NCBI GenBank assembly: GCA_963675785.1
Contig: OY776562.1
Span: 416,001 to 480,000, forward strand
Source: Anaerolineae bacterium
Lineage (GTDB): Bacteria > Chloroflexota > Anaerolineae > UBA1429
Length of the DNA: 64,000 nt
Direction of reading: 5' to 3'
Below, piece after piece: positions 1 to 9,220 of this stretch. A program made the translations under genes and the position numbers. The notes under the pieces are model-generated. The model saw only the letters and a list, made by a program, of their open reading frames with translations. It was not told the DNA's origin and did no database searches. Within the stretch, counting starts at the first letter, position 1; each line of letters opens with the position of its first letter.

Positions 1-146
1 TTGTCGAGTCTTTTGAGTTTTCCCAACACCAATTTGCTAGCACTGGCGATCCAATGGTATTACAGCAGAGCCTCAAGGCCCTGTTGGGCATCGAGGCTCT
101 GACGTATGGCTTGATTTGGGCGCCAGATGGTCTGGTTCGCGCCTGA
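1..146 (+). CDS. 3' end of an upstream CDS (partial), C-terminus resembles glutamate racemase
   Basis: Frame 3 is open from the window edge to TGA at 144-146: ...HQFASTGDPMVLQQSLKALLG..., similar to the MurI C-terminal 'F.xTGDP' segment; only 47 aa visible. Confidence 0.4.
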   Translation, partial: VESFEFSQHQFASTGDPMVLQQSLKALLGIEALTYGLIWAPDGLVRA

Positions 147-150
147 CATA

Positions 151-1584
151 CTAGCTGATAGACGATTCGGCCTCTTCGGCACGCTTGGCAAGTTCCTCTG
201 GTGGTTCGTCGCTAGCGTAACGGGCTATGTCATAGGCACTCGCCAGGTTATGCAAGGCCTGGCTTTTCTCCGGTTCAGATGCTGAAAGCATCTTGGCATA
301 GGCCTCTGGCGTTTTGCCAGCTGGTCGCGGTTCTCCGCGGCTAGTCATCTTGGCCAGGAATCGCTGGTAAGACAGCCTGATACGTTTCCGCGTTCCTTGC
401 TCGCCTTCTAGGTTCAGATAGGGTATTGGTTTCGGCTTGCGCCGCAGGTTCTGCAGCACGTCTCGTATTTGCTGTTGCAGCAATTTGCCGGTCAATACGG
501 ATTCGCGCTCCTCACCCAATTCTAGGTTCTTTTTCTTCCGGCGTCTGCGCAATGCCCTGGAAAAAATAACGATTAGCACGACAACGATGGCTGTGATAAA
601 GAGGATCTGCAAGGCTTTTTGCAGCACCAGATTGGGCTCGGTAGCGGCTGGGTCCATATCGAGATAGTCGTCCTGAAGGCTATCCCCCACGCGATTGGCC
701 ACCTCTTGGAACGATTCACTATAGTTTTCTTCGAGCAGGCCCAAAAGAGGGCCAAGTGCCCAAAAGGCAATGTAGGCGATGGCCAGCAAGATATACGATA
801 TGCCCTGCTTGATGATATCCCACACGGGTTGAAGAACCTGGGATACTTGGTTGATACCTTCGGGCGAAGCGATGCGCGAGACGAGAAATCCCAGAACACC
901 GACTGCCAGAATAACCGAAGCAACAACACCCAACCAGTATCGCGAAAGGGTCAGGGGGGAGTCCTCGTTTTGGCGTATGATGGTCGCCTCTTGCACACCC
1001 AAGAGGCCAAGCGCAAGCAGGCTAGAACAAATAAAGATGCCCATGGAAACCCAGGGGTTCATACCCAGTTGAGACCAGGCATCTTGCGGGGCAATCAAAA
1101 CCGTCAGGGCCAACACCAATGTGCCAATCAAGAAACTCTTAAAGAGCTGCTCGTATGATTGCCAGTCCGCCACCAGTCCGCGGCGCCATATCAGTGCAGC
1201 GGCTACGATGATGATTAGGGCCCCGGGGAAATATTCCTCAAAGCTCGTCAGATCGTAAAAGAGCATCTTGAGCCAGGCACTGATACTGCCAACGTCGATT
1301 CGATAAAGGGCAACCAGAACGACAATGATAACGCCGAGCCCTGTGAGAGCACTGATGATCCGTGCTTTGGGATGTTCCTGGATGATGCGTTCGAATAGGC
1401 TTGCGCCAAGTAAAAGCGCAAGCATCCAATACCAAGGGAATGATAACCCTTCGGGGCCTACGAGTTGGTTGTGCAGGGCGAACTGCAAGAGAGGGGCGAA
1501 ACAGGCCACCTGCATGACAGCAGAGATAAAGGGGATGACCCCTCTCTCAATCCAACGCCAGTTTTTCGAGACGATGCCACGCAT
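151..1584 (-). CDS. DUF4129-domain integral membrane protein
   Basis: Many TM segments, then a DUF4129-like tail (RxxYxxF...TPxAY...AYxxARY); downstream of MoxR and DUF58. Confidence 0.75.
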   Translation of the reverse strand: MRGIVSKNWRWIERGVIPFISAVMQVACFAPLLQFALHNQLVGPEGLSFPWYWMLALLLGASLFERIIQEHPKARIISALTGLGVIIVVLVALYRIDVGSISAWLKMLFYDLTSFEEYFPGALIIIVAAALIWRRGLVADWQSYEQLFKSFLIGTLVLALTVLIAPQDAWSQLGMNPWVSMGIFICSSLLALGLLGVQEATIIRQNEDSPLTLSRYWLGVVASVILAVGVLGFLVSRIASPEGINQVSQVLQPVWDIIKQGISYILLAIAYIAFWALGPLLGLLEENYSESFQEVANRVGDSLQDDYLDMDPAATEPNLVLQKALQILFITAIVVVLIVIFSRALRRRRKKKNLELGEERESVLTGKLLQQQIRDVLQNLRRKPKPIPYLNLEGEQGTRKRIRLSYQRFLAKMTSRGEPRPAGKTPEAYAKMLSASEPEKSQALHNLASAYDIARYASDEPPEELAKRAEEAESSIS

Positions 1585-2761
1585 CGCTTCCTCCCAGATG
1601 ATAACTCGAAAGAACCTGCGGTACCTCCGGCGCGTTCTCGCCTATAGTAATGAGGAGCGTCGGATGTGCGGCCCCTTCGATAGCGAACATGGCTTCGTAT
1701 AGGGATTCGTCGGGCGAAGCAGTGATGACCACTATTGTCGTTCCATACACGAGTTGCGGGCGTGCCGTATAGAGCAGTTCTGCCATAGGCAAACCCCGGA
1801 ATGATGTGAGAGCGGCCAGCTGCGATAGAATTCGTGGTGCCTGGTCGACACTGCGACCAGGGCGCAAGTGCTGCCAGGTTTGGCCCTCATTTCCGATCGA
1901 GTTGGACAGTACGCCTACCATATGGCGATCTTCCAGAGCCTTGATGGCGATAGAAGCCGCTGCGCTGATGACAAACTCGAGATAATCCGAGTTGTATTCA
2001 AAGGGCCGTGTGTTGGTTCGCACATCAACAGCCAGCGTAAGTGACAACGCCTCACTCGGTTCGAAAATCTTGGTCTGCAGTTCTCCCGTGCGTGCCGATG
2101 CGCGCCAATGAATGTGTTTGGGATTATCGCCGGGTACATATTCTCGGACAGATAAAAAACGCATTGGGTCATCGACAATCTTGCGTTCGGCTTTCCAGTC
2201 TCCAACCGGGCGATTGGTAGGCAGCCCCAACTTGTCCATGGGAAAGATGCGGGGGTACACAGTGAGTATCGTCCGATCCTGGTCCTGGCGATATTGCCGT
2301 TGAAAACCAAACATATCACCAGAGCTCAGCAGAGCCGGCCCAATTTTGAATACACCCCGATGCGAACCGCGCACACGGTGATGACGCCGTACGCGTTCGT
2401 ACCATCTCATGGTGAGCACTGTGACAATGCTGATCTCGTTGGCTGTTACTTTTGTCTGAACTGCCTTGGTCAGTAGATCAACCTCGGTAGGGAAATTATC
2501 CCGCACGATGAGCCAGGCAAGCGGCAGCGGTTTGGCATTGATGAACTCGAGCGTCAATTGGGTTTCTTCGCCAAAGGGTAACGTCGTGTGCTCTAGTTCG
2601 CGGCGATAGGTCACATTCGATAGACAATGTTTTGCCCAGACATCTGATGCCCACTTGGCTATGCCCAAAATTGCTGCCAGTGCTGCTGCAGTGCCGTTTT
2701 TGGTAATGAGCGCGACGATAAAGATTAGGCCAAATAAAGACCACCAGGGCGCGCGCTTCAT
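1547..2761 (-). CDS. DUF58-domain (vWA-like) MoxR partner protein
   Basis: Motif REYVPGDNPKHIHWRASARTGELQTK typical of DUF58; overlaps the moxR stop. Confidence 0.9.
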   Translation of the reverse strand: MKRAPWWSLFGLIFIVALITKNGTAAALAAILGIAKWASDVWAKHCLSNVTYRRELEHTTLPFGEETQLTLEFINAKPLPLAWLIVRDNFPTEVDLLTKAVQTKVTANEISIVTVLTMRWYERVRRHHRVRGSHRGVFKIGPALLSSGDMFGFQRQYRQDQDRTILTVYPRIFPMDKLGLPTNRPVGDWKAERKIVDDPMRFLSVREYVPGDNPKHIHWRASARTGELQTKIFEPSEALSLTLAVDVRTNTRPFEYNSDYLEFVISAAASIAIKALEDRHMVGVLSNSIGNEGQTWQHLRPGRSVDQAPRILSQLAALTSFRGLPMAELLYTARPQLVYGTTIVVITASPDESLYEAMFAIEGAAHPTLLITIGENAPEVPQVLSSYHLGGSDAWHRLEKLALD

Positions 2762-3735
2762 TCGCCCGCGCCTCCCTGCCAGTTTTCTTCAACGGGTACG
2801 GGTACCTGGCTAATAATATCCTGAAGAACGTCGGCTGCGGACTCGTTGCGCAGACGCATTCGAGCACTGGCAATAAGTCGATGGGCTAGCACGACTTCTA
2901 CCATGGCCTGAACATCATCTGGGATTACAAAGTCACGTCCGTTCAGTGCTGCTCTTGCTTGAGCGGTCTTGTAGAGTGAGAGTGATCCGCGAGGGCTGGC
3001 GCCCAGTGCCAAACGCTCATCATTGCGGGTGGCAGTGACCAGGGCAACAATATAATCTTCAATGGCTGGTGCGACATAGATCGAACGGCAGATGGTGATG
3101 ATTTCCTGGATTTCTTGCGGCTCTAGTACGGCCTCAATAGTCTCCATAGGATCGCTTGTCTTAAAGCGCCTGAGGATGTCACGCTCTTCATCTTCATTGG
3201 GGTACCCCAATGCCAAACGCATTAGAAAACGGTCGAGCTGGGCTTCGGGCAAGGGGAACGTGCCTTCGAGTTCGATAGGGTTTTGCGTCGCCAGAACGAG
3301 GAAAGGACGTTCCAGCATCCGTGTTTTGCCATCTGCTGTGACTTGATGCTCCTGCATAGCCTCGAGCAGGGCACTCTGTGTACGTGGACCAGCCCGGTTT
3401 ATCTCATCTGCCAGGACAATTTGCGCAAAGATGGGGCCGGGGCGGAACTCAAAGTCCTGCGAATGTTGATTATAGATGCTTACGCCGGTGATGTCGCTTG
3501 GAAGAAGGTCCGGCGTGAATTGGATGCGGCGGAACGAGCAGCCGAGTGCTGAGGATAGTGCACGTGCCAGCGTGGTTTTGCCAATCCCCGGGATGTCTTC
3601 GAGTAGTACATGGCCTTCACAAAAAAGAGCGACGAGCATGAGATCGACGACGGAGTTTTTTCCGACGATGACCTTTTCAACTTGCTCGCGCACAACTGCT
3701 CCGGCTTGACGAACTCGATCGATACGATTCTCCAT
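2758..3735 (-). CDS. moxR: MoxR-family AAA+ ATPase
   Basis: HVLLEDIPGIGKT, RIQFTPDLLPSD, LADEINRA, ATQNPIE; start set at ATG 3735 with an AGGAGA SD. Confidence 0.95.
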   Translation of the reverse strand: MENRIDRVRQAGAVVREQVEKVIVGKNSVVDLMLVALFCEGHVLLEDIPGIGKTTLARALSSALGCSFRRIQFTPDLLPSDITGVSIYNQHSQDFEFRPGPIFAQIVLADEINRAGPRTQSALLEAMQEHQVTADGKTRMLERPFLVLATQNPIELEGTFPLPEAQLDRFLMRLALGYPNEDEERDILRRFKTSDPMETIEAVLEPQEIQEIITICRSIYVAPAIEDYIVALVTATRNDERLALGASPRGSLSLYKTAQARAALNGRDFVIPDDVQAMVEVVLAHRLIASARMRLRNESAADVLQDIISQVPVPVEENWQGGAGE

Positions 3736-3818
3736 AGAGCTGTCTCCTCTTGCCGATTTGGATGCTATATTATGACACAAATTTAGTTAGCAGGCCAACT
3801 ATCGGTATCATACCAATT

Positions 3819-4202
3819 CTAGAGAGATTTGCCCAACCAAATACCACCCGCAGCAGCAAAAAGACCCAACAAAACGCTGCTTACGATATTGAGAAAACTG
3901 TGCAGCGGTGCTTGCTCAACCAGTTGAAGACTTTCCAACATAAAGGTAGAGAACGTGGTGAACGAGCCGAAAAACCCTGTAAATAAGGCCAGGCCTACAC
4001 GCGGGGAGATGACGGATTTCTCAACGGCAATGGTATAAAGCAGGGCCAACAAAAAGCTGCCGCTAACGTTGATGAGCAGTGTGGCGTAAGGGAAGGCGGT
4101 TTGCACGCTTTGGTTAACCCAGGTGCCCAGCCAGTGGCGGGCGTTAGCTCCAAGTACAGCGCCGATGGAGATGAGCAGCACGGTATCCAGTGTAGCATTC
4201 AT
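3819..4202 (-). CDS. crcB: Fluoride efflux channel FluC/CrcB
   Basis: GAVLGANAR, NVSGSF, GFFGSFTTFSTF signature; 4 TM; fluoride riboswitch upstream. Confidence 0.95.
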   Translation of the reverse strand: MNATLDTVLLISIGAVLGANARHWLGTWVNQSVQTAFPYATLLINVSGSFLLALLYTIAVEKSVISPRVGLALFTGFFGSFTTFSTFMLESLQLVEQAPLHSFLNIVSSVLLGLFAAAGGIWLGKSL

Positions 4203-4248
4203 ACGTCGCACAATTATCCTCTTTACAAGATTCGAATTAATCAAAATA

Positions 4249-4331
4249 AAAAAACCTCTACCTGACAGCAAACTGCCGGTAGAGGCCATCAGCCGCGAAA
4301 CGGCGGTTGGGTCGGGTGAGCCTCATCACCC
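4249..4331 (-). ncRNA. Fluoride riboswitch (crcB motif) with overlapping intrinsic terminator
   Basis: Minus strand GGTGATGAGGCTCACC...AACCGCC...GGCTGATGGCCTCTAC matches the crcB aptamer (GATG..pseudoknot..CTGATG..CTAC); followed by the CCTCTACC...GGTAGAGG-T6 terminator. Confidence 0.93.
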
Positions 4332-4443
4332 AGAATAGGTTTAATTCTAGGGGTGCGCGTTTATCTGTCAATTCGAGCTCGCTACCTCCATCTTGATTGG
4401 GTTCGCCCGGCATGCTATCATAAACCACAATGAGGACGTGTTG

Positions 4444-5763
4444 ATGGATAGATTGATTGTGATTGGCGGCGGTTTGGCGGGCTGTGAAGCCGCCTGGCAA
4501 GCTGCGGAACGGGGCATTGCTGTAACGCTCTATGAGATGCGCCCGAGCAAGATGACGCCAGCGCACCAGAGTGATCAACTGGCAGAGCTCGTTTGTAGCA
4601 ACTCTTTGGGTTCCATGCTGCGCGATCGTGCTCCCGGTTTGCTCAAAGCAGAGCTGAGCACACTGAATTCGCTGATTTTGAGCTGCGCCCAAGAGAGCGC
4701 CGTGCCGGCAGGCCGTGCATTGGCAGTAGGGCGAGAGACGTTCTCAAAGCTGGTTACAGAGCGTGTGGAGGCGCACCCGCTTATCTCGGTAGTTCGTGAA
4801 CACATTGGCCGCGTGCCGCGTGATGGTGTAGTGATTGTCGCGACCGGTCCCCTTACCTCTGACGAGTTGGCCGCCGATATCGCCAGCCTTGTGGGACAAG
4901 AGAGCCTGGCTTTTTATGATGCGATGGCGCCCATCGTTTCGGTCGATTCTATCGACATGAGTATTGCTTTTCGTGCTTCGCGATGGGATGATGGACCTGG
5001 GGACTATATCAATTGCCCCATGGATAAAGACCAGTATGAGACCTTTGTTGCTGCTCTGACCACGGCTGAACGCATTCCACTAGAGAGCTTTGAGACGCAA
5101 GATAAAAAGTTCTTTGAAGCCTGCCTTCCAGTCGAAGTTCTAGCTGTGCGAGGCATACAGGCATTGGCCTTTGGGCCGCTTCGTCCGGTAGGATTGTTTG
5201 ATCCGCGTACCGGTCGCAGGCCTTATGCGGCAGTGCAGCTTCGCCAGGACAATGTAGCTGGCTCGCTGTACAATCTGGTGGGTTTTCAGACGAACTTGCG
5301 TTGGCCGGAACAGAAACGTGTGTTTGGTATGATCCCAGGATTAGAGAACGCCGAGTGGGTTCGTTACGGGCAGATGCATCGCAACACCTTTTTATGCTCG
5401 CCTAGCCTTCTTGAACCAACTTGTCAGTGGCGGGGCAATCCTTCCATTTTCTTTGCGGGGCAGCTCATTGGCACCGAGGGCTATGTCGGTTCGGCGGCAA
5501 GCGGACTGCTGGCTGGCATCAATGCGGCGCGGTTCCTTCGGGGCCAGTCATTGTTGGTTCTCCCCGAAACCACCATGCTGGGCAGCTTGATGCACTATGT
5601 CTCGGCTGAGCGAGGAGACTCTTTCCAGCCTATCAAGGCCAATATGGGGCTGCTGCCACCCATGGTGCCATATATTCGTAAAGAGCAAGAGCGGCGCGAT
5701 GCGATGGTTGATCGGGCGGAGCAGGATTTACACACCTTTATTGAACAAGAGAGTGTGCTTTGA
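4444..5763 (+). CDS. trmFO: Methylenetetrahydrofolate-tRNA-(uracil-54)-methyltransferase TrmFO
   Basis: IGGGLAGCEAA, AELVCSNS, YNLVGFQTNL, GQMHRNT, FAGQLIGTEGY. Confidence 0.96.
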   Translation: MDRLIVIGGGLAGCEAAWQAAERGIAVTLYEMRPSKMTPAHQSDQLAELVCSNSLGSMLRDRAPGLLKAELSTLNSLILSCAQESAVPAGRALAVGRETFSKLVTERVEAHPLISVVREHIGRVPRDGVVIVATGPLTSDELAADIASLVGQESLAFYDAMAPIVSVDSIDMSIAFRASRWDDGPGDYINCPMDKDQYETFVAALTTAERIPLESFETQDKKFFEACLPVEVLAVRGIQALAFGPLRPVGLFDPRTGRRPYAAVQLRQDNVAGSLYNLVGFQTNLRWPEQKRVFGMIPGLENAEWVRYGQMHRNTFLCSPSLLEPTCQWRGNPSIFFAGQLIGTEGYVGSAASGLLAGINAARFLRGQSLLVLPETTMLGSLMHYVSAERGDSFQPIKANMGLLPPMVPYIRKEQERRDAMVDRAEQDLHTFIEQESVL

Positions 5764-6635
5764 GATCGACCACAAGATGTTTGATTATTCTTTTCGTTGT
5801 TATGCTGGCCAGTATTTCACTGGTTGGTTGTGGTGATGCCAGAACGTTTGACGGCGATCGAGCCATGGAGCACGTGGAAAACCAGTGCGATTTAGGCGAT
5901 CGCTCGGTGGGCACTGAAGGAAACGCTGCCACCGTCGAGTATATTGCTGACTATCTCGAACGTTATGGATGGGACGTAGAGTATCAAGAGTTTGCCTATT
6001 TGGGGCGAACCTTGTGCAATGTGATGGGAACCAAGGGAGAGGGCCCACTGATCATTCTGGGCACCCATTTCGATACCCGTCCCGTCGCTGATCGTGATCC
6101 CGACGACAGAGCGGCTTCAGTTCCTGGCGCAAATGATGGCGCCAGTGGCACGGCTGTTTTGTTAGAATTAGCCCGGGTGCTTGATGAAACAGCTACGGAT
6201 CAGGCAACGATTACGTTGGCCTTTTTCGATGGCGAAGACCGGGGCGACTTGAATGGCTGGCCATGGTGTGTCGGGTCGAGTTACATGGCTGCTAATCTTG
6301 AGGAGGAACCTGAATATGCGCTTGTAGTAGACATGGTAGGGGATGCTGACCAAGAGTTCTTTTATGAATGGTCATCGTCACTCTGGCTTCAGGAAAAGAT
6401 CTGGGGCATTGCCGATGAACTCGGCTATGGCACAATCTTTCGTTCTGAGCATCGCTATGTGATCGAGGATGATCACACTTCTTTTCTGCAACAAGGGATC
6501 GATGCCGCGGTGATTATAGACTTTGATTACCGTTATTGGCATACGGCGAGTGACACGCCAGACAAAATCAGTGCCGATAGTCTCCAGCGTGTAGGTGACG
6601 TTTTGGAAAAGCTGCTCGAAGAGGAGCCTTTCTGA
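5760..6635 (+). CDS. M28-family peptidase / glutaminyl-cyclase-like lipoprotein
   Basis: Lipobox LVGC; GTHFDT, PGANDGASG, FDGED, DMVGD, DDH, WHT..D motifs. Confidence 0.85.
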   Translation: MRSTTRCLIILFVVMLASISLVGCGDARTFDGDRAMEHVENQCDLGDRSVGTEGNAATVEYIADYLERYGWDVEYQEFAYLGRTLCNVMGTKGEGPLIILGTHFDTRPVADRDPDDRAASVPGANDGASGTAVLLELARVLDETATDQATITLAFFDGEDRGDLNGWPWCVGSSYMAANLEEEPEYALVVDMVGDADQEFFYEWSSSLWLQEKIWGIADELGYGTIFRSEHRYVIEDDHTSFLQQGIDAAVIIDFDYRYWHTASDTPDKISADSLQRVGDVLEKLLEEEPF

Positions 6636-6674
6636 TATTTTTCATGCAGCACGGCTAATTGTAAGGAGACTGTA

Positions 6675-7829
6675 ATGAGGATTGCTGATCGAGTTGCCAA
6701 CTTGCCACCATATGTATTTGCGTCAGTGGAGAAAAAGATCGCAGAGAAACGCGCGAGTGGTGTTGATGTAATTAGCCTGGGTATCGGGAGCCCTGATCTT
6801 ATGCCCCCCCAGTTTATCATCGACACCCTTTGCAAGTCTGCTGCACGATCTGATACTCACGGTTACGCAGGATACTATGGCACCCCTGATTTGCGGAAAG
6901 CGATAACCACCTACTATAAGAACCGTTTTGGCGTAGAACTGGATCCGAACACCGAGGTGCGCCCGCTCATCGGCTCCAAAGAGGGTTTGGCCAATATGGC
7001 TTTTGCCTTTGTGGACCCCGGCGACATCGTTTTGGTTTCGGACCCCGGTTATCCGACCTATAGCATGGGTGCTCTTATGGCAGGTGGCGATTCCTACTCG
7101 TTGCCTCTGAAGGAAGAAAACGACTTTTTACCCGATCTTTCAGCGGTACCAGCCGATGTGGCTGCCAGAGCCAAGTTGCTTTGGTTGGGGTATCCCAATA
7201 ACCCCACCGGGGCCTTGGCGCCGATGAGTTTTCTAAAAGAGGCCGTCGATTTCGCAGCAGAATACGACATCCTTATCTGCTACGATAATCCCTACTGTGA
7301 TGTGACCTATGACGGCTATGTGGCTCCGAGCATCCTTGAGGTGCCGGGTGCAATGGATGTGGCAGTCGAGTTCAACTCGCTGTCCAAGACATACAATATG
7401 GCTGGTTGGCGCGTGGGCATGATCGTCGGCAATGCCGAGGCTGTCAAAGCGCTGACCACTTTGAAGACGAATATAGACTCGGGTATCTTTAGGCCCATTC
7501 AGGATGCTGCAACGGTGGCCCTGACCAGCGATCAGAGTTGGATTGTTGATCGGAATGCCATCTATGCCCGACGCCGCGATATCATCATGGACTGGCTGCC
7601 GAACATTGGCTGTTCAGCCATCAAGCCCAAAGGGGCCCTTTATGTGTGGGCCAAAATCCCAGAGGGTGAGAGTTCGGCAGCTTTTGGTGAGCGCATACTC
7701 AACGAATGTGGTGTGTGGCTTACGCCGGGTACAGCATTTGGGCCGAATGGAGAAGGGTTCATGCGCATTTCCATGTGCGTGCCCGAGGAGCGTCTCCAGG
7801 AAGCAGGAGAAAGGCTATTAAGACTTTAA
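6675..7829 (+). CDS. dapL: LL-diaminopimelate aminotransferase-like class I/II PLP aminotransferase
   Basis: LGIGSPD, LIGSKEG, YPNNPTG, SLSKTYNMAGWRVG. Confidence 0.8.
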   Translation: MRIADRVANLPPYVFASVEKKIAEKRASGVDVISLGIGSPDLMPPQFIIDTLCKSAARSDTHGYAGYYGTPDLRKAITTYYKNRFGVELDPNTEVRPLIGSKEGLANMAFAFVDPGDIVLVSDPGYPTYSMGALMAGGDSYSLPLKEENDFLPDLSAVPADVAARAKLLWLGYPNNPTGALAPMSFLKEAVDFAAEYDILICYDNPYCDVTYDGYVAPSILEVPGAMDVAVEFNSLSKTYNMAGWRVGMIVGNAEAVKALTTLKTNIDSGIFRPIQDAATVALTSDQSWIVDRNAIYARRRDIIMDWLPNIGCSAIKPKGALYVWAKIPEGESSAAFGERILNECGVWLTPGTAFGPNGEGFMRISMCVPEERLQEAGERLLRL

Positions 7830-9166
7830 CAGGTGCAGCAGATGCATCCGAGAGATCTGTTAACGGGCAAGAGCGTGCTTTTCTTGTCAGTGTAGCAGTG
7901 CGGGGCGAGCCGTACAGCTTTAGCCCCGAAGAATCTTTGGACGAGCTTGAACGGCTCGCTCAAACGGCAGGTATCCAAGTTGTCGGCCGCGAGCTGCAAA
8001 ATTTGGATGCCATCAAGTCTGGCACATATATCGGCACCGGCAAAGTTGAGACCATCAGACAGATTTGCGATGCTGAAGAGTTGGACATGGTCATCTTTGA
8101 TGATGAACTGTCTCCGGCTCAGCTTCGCACGCTCGAGAGTGAGATTGGCGTCCGGATCATTGACCGTACGGCCCTGATTTTGGACATCTTTGCCCTCCAT
8201 GCTCGAACACGAGAGGGCGCTTTGCAGGTTGCGCTGGCGCAGTATTCCTACAGACTACCGCGCCTGACGCGAATGTGGACGCACCTTTCCCGACAGGGTG
8301 TGGGCGGCGTGGGTCTTCGAGGCCCTGGTGAGACTCAGCTTGAGCTTGACCGCCGCGAAATCTCGCGGCGCATGGCGCAAATTCGCGAAGAACTGGATCA
8401 GGTGCGCAAGCAGCGCAGTTCACAGCGAAGGCGTCGCCGGCGGCAGGGCTTGCCGGTGGTTTCGATCGTTGGTTATACCAACGCTGGCAAATCAACCCTG
8501 TTGAATCGCTTGTCTGGTGCCGATGTATTGGTGGAAGACAAGCTCTTTGCCACACTCGATCCGACCACACGCCGTGTGGATCTCGAAACCGGCAAAGAAG
8601 TGCTCTTTACCGATACAGTAGGTTTTATCCAAAAGCTACCCACGCAGTTGGTAGCAGCATTCCGCGCCACGCTGGAAGAGGTGCTGGAGGCAGATATTCT
8701 GCTTCTTGTGGCTGATATCAGCGACCCCAACCTAGTGGCCAAAGTGGATGCTGTGGACGATGTGTTGGCAGAAATCGGTGCAGCCGATAAACCCACTATC
8801 CTGGTACTGAACAAGATCGACCTGGTGGATCTTGAAGAGGATTTCTACCTGGTGCCGAATCGCTTTGTGGGCGCATCGACGCGGTTCGATTCGCTTCGTG
8901 CTCGCTATGATCGCATCAGCCTGGTCTCCGCCGAGCAGGGTGTGGGTATCGAAGAACTGTTGGCGAGTGTGGAGGACCTTATCTCAGATCAGATGGTCGA
9001 GCTGAGTGCTTTGTTGCCTTATGCCCAAGGAGAGTTGCTCAACGAGTGGCATAAACATGGTCTCGTTGAATCGGAAACGTTCACGGGCAAAGGCGTACTC
9101 ATTTCGGGCCGAGTGCCGCGAGGATTGGCCGGTTCACTCGAAGAATTTGCTGTTACTGGTCAGTAA
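7817..9166 (+). CDS. hflX: GTPase HflX
   Basis: GPGETQLE, GYTNAGKST, LFATLDPT, DTVGF, NKID; start uncertain (ATT 7817 after AGGAGA, or GTG 7775/7706). Confidence 0.95.
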   Translation: MKTLTGAADASERSVNGQERAFLVSVAVRGEPYSFSPEESLDELERLAQTAGIQVVGRELQNLDAIKSGTYIGTGKVETIRQICDAEELDMVIFDDELSPAQLRTLESEIGVRIIDRTALILDIFALHARTREGALQVALAQYSYRLPRLTRMWTHLSRQGVGGVGLRGPGETQLELDRREISRRMAQIREELDQVRKQRSSQRRRRRRQGLPVVSIVGYTNAGKSTLLNRLSGADVLVEDKLFATLDPTTRRVDLETGKEVLFTDTVGFIQKLPTQLVAAFRATLEEVLEADILLLVADISDPNLVAKVDAVDDVLAEIGAADKPTILVLNKIDLVDLEEDFYLVPNRFVGASTRFDSLRARYDRISLVSAEQGVGIEELLASVEDLISDQMVELSALLPYAQGELLNEWHKHGLVESETFTGKGVLISGRVPRGLAGSLEEFAVTGQ

Positions 9167-9180
9167 TAGCAAACAACAAG

Positions 9181-9211
9181 AAGGCGGGAGCTTTTTGCTC
9201 CCGCCTTTTTT
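9181..9211. terminator. Intrinsic terminator between convergent genes
   Basis: AAGGCGGGAGC-loop-GCTCCCGCCTT followed by a T run. Confidence 0.85.
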
Positions 9212-9220
9212 GTGCGATGC

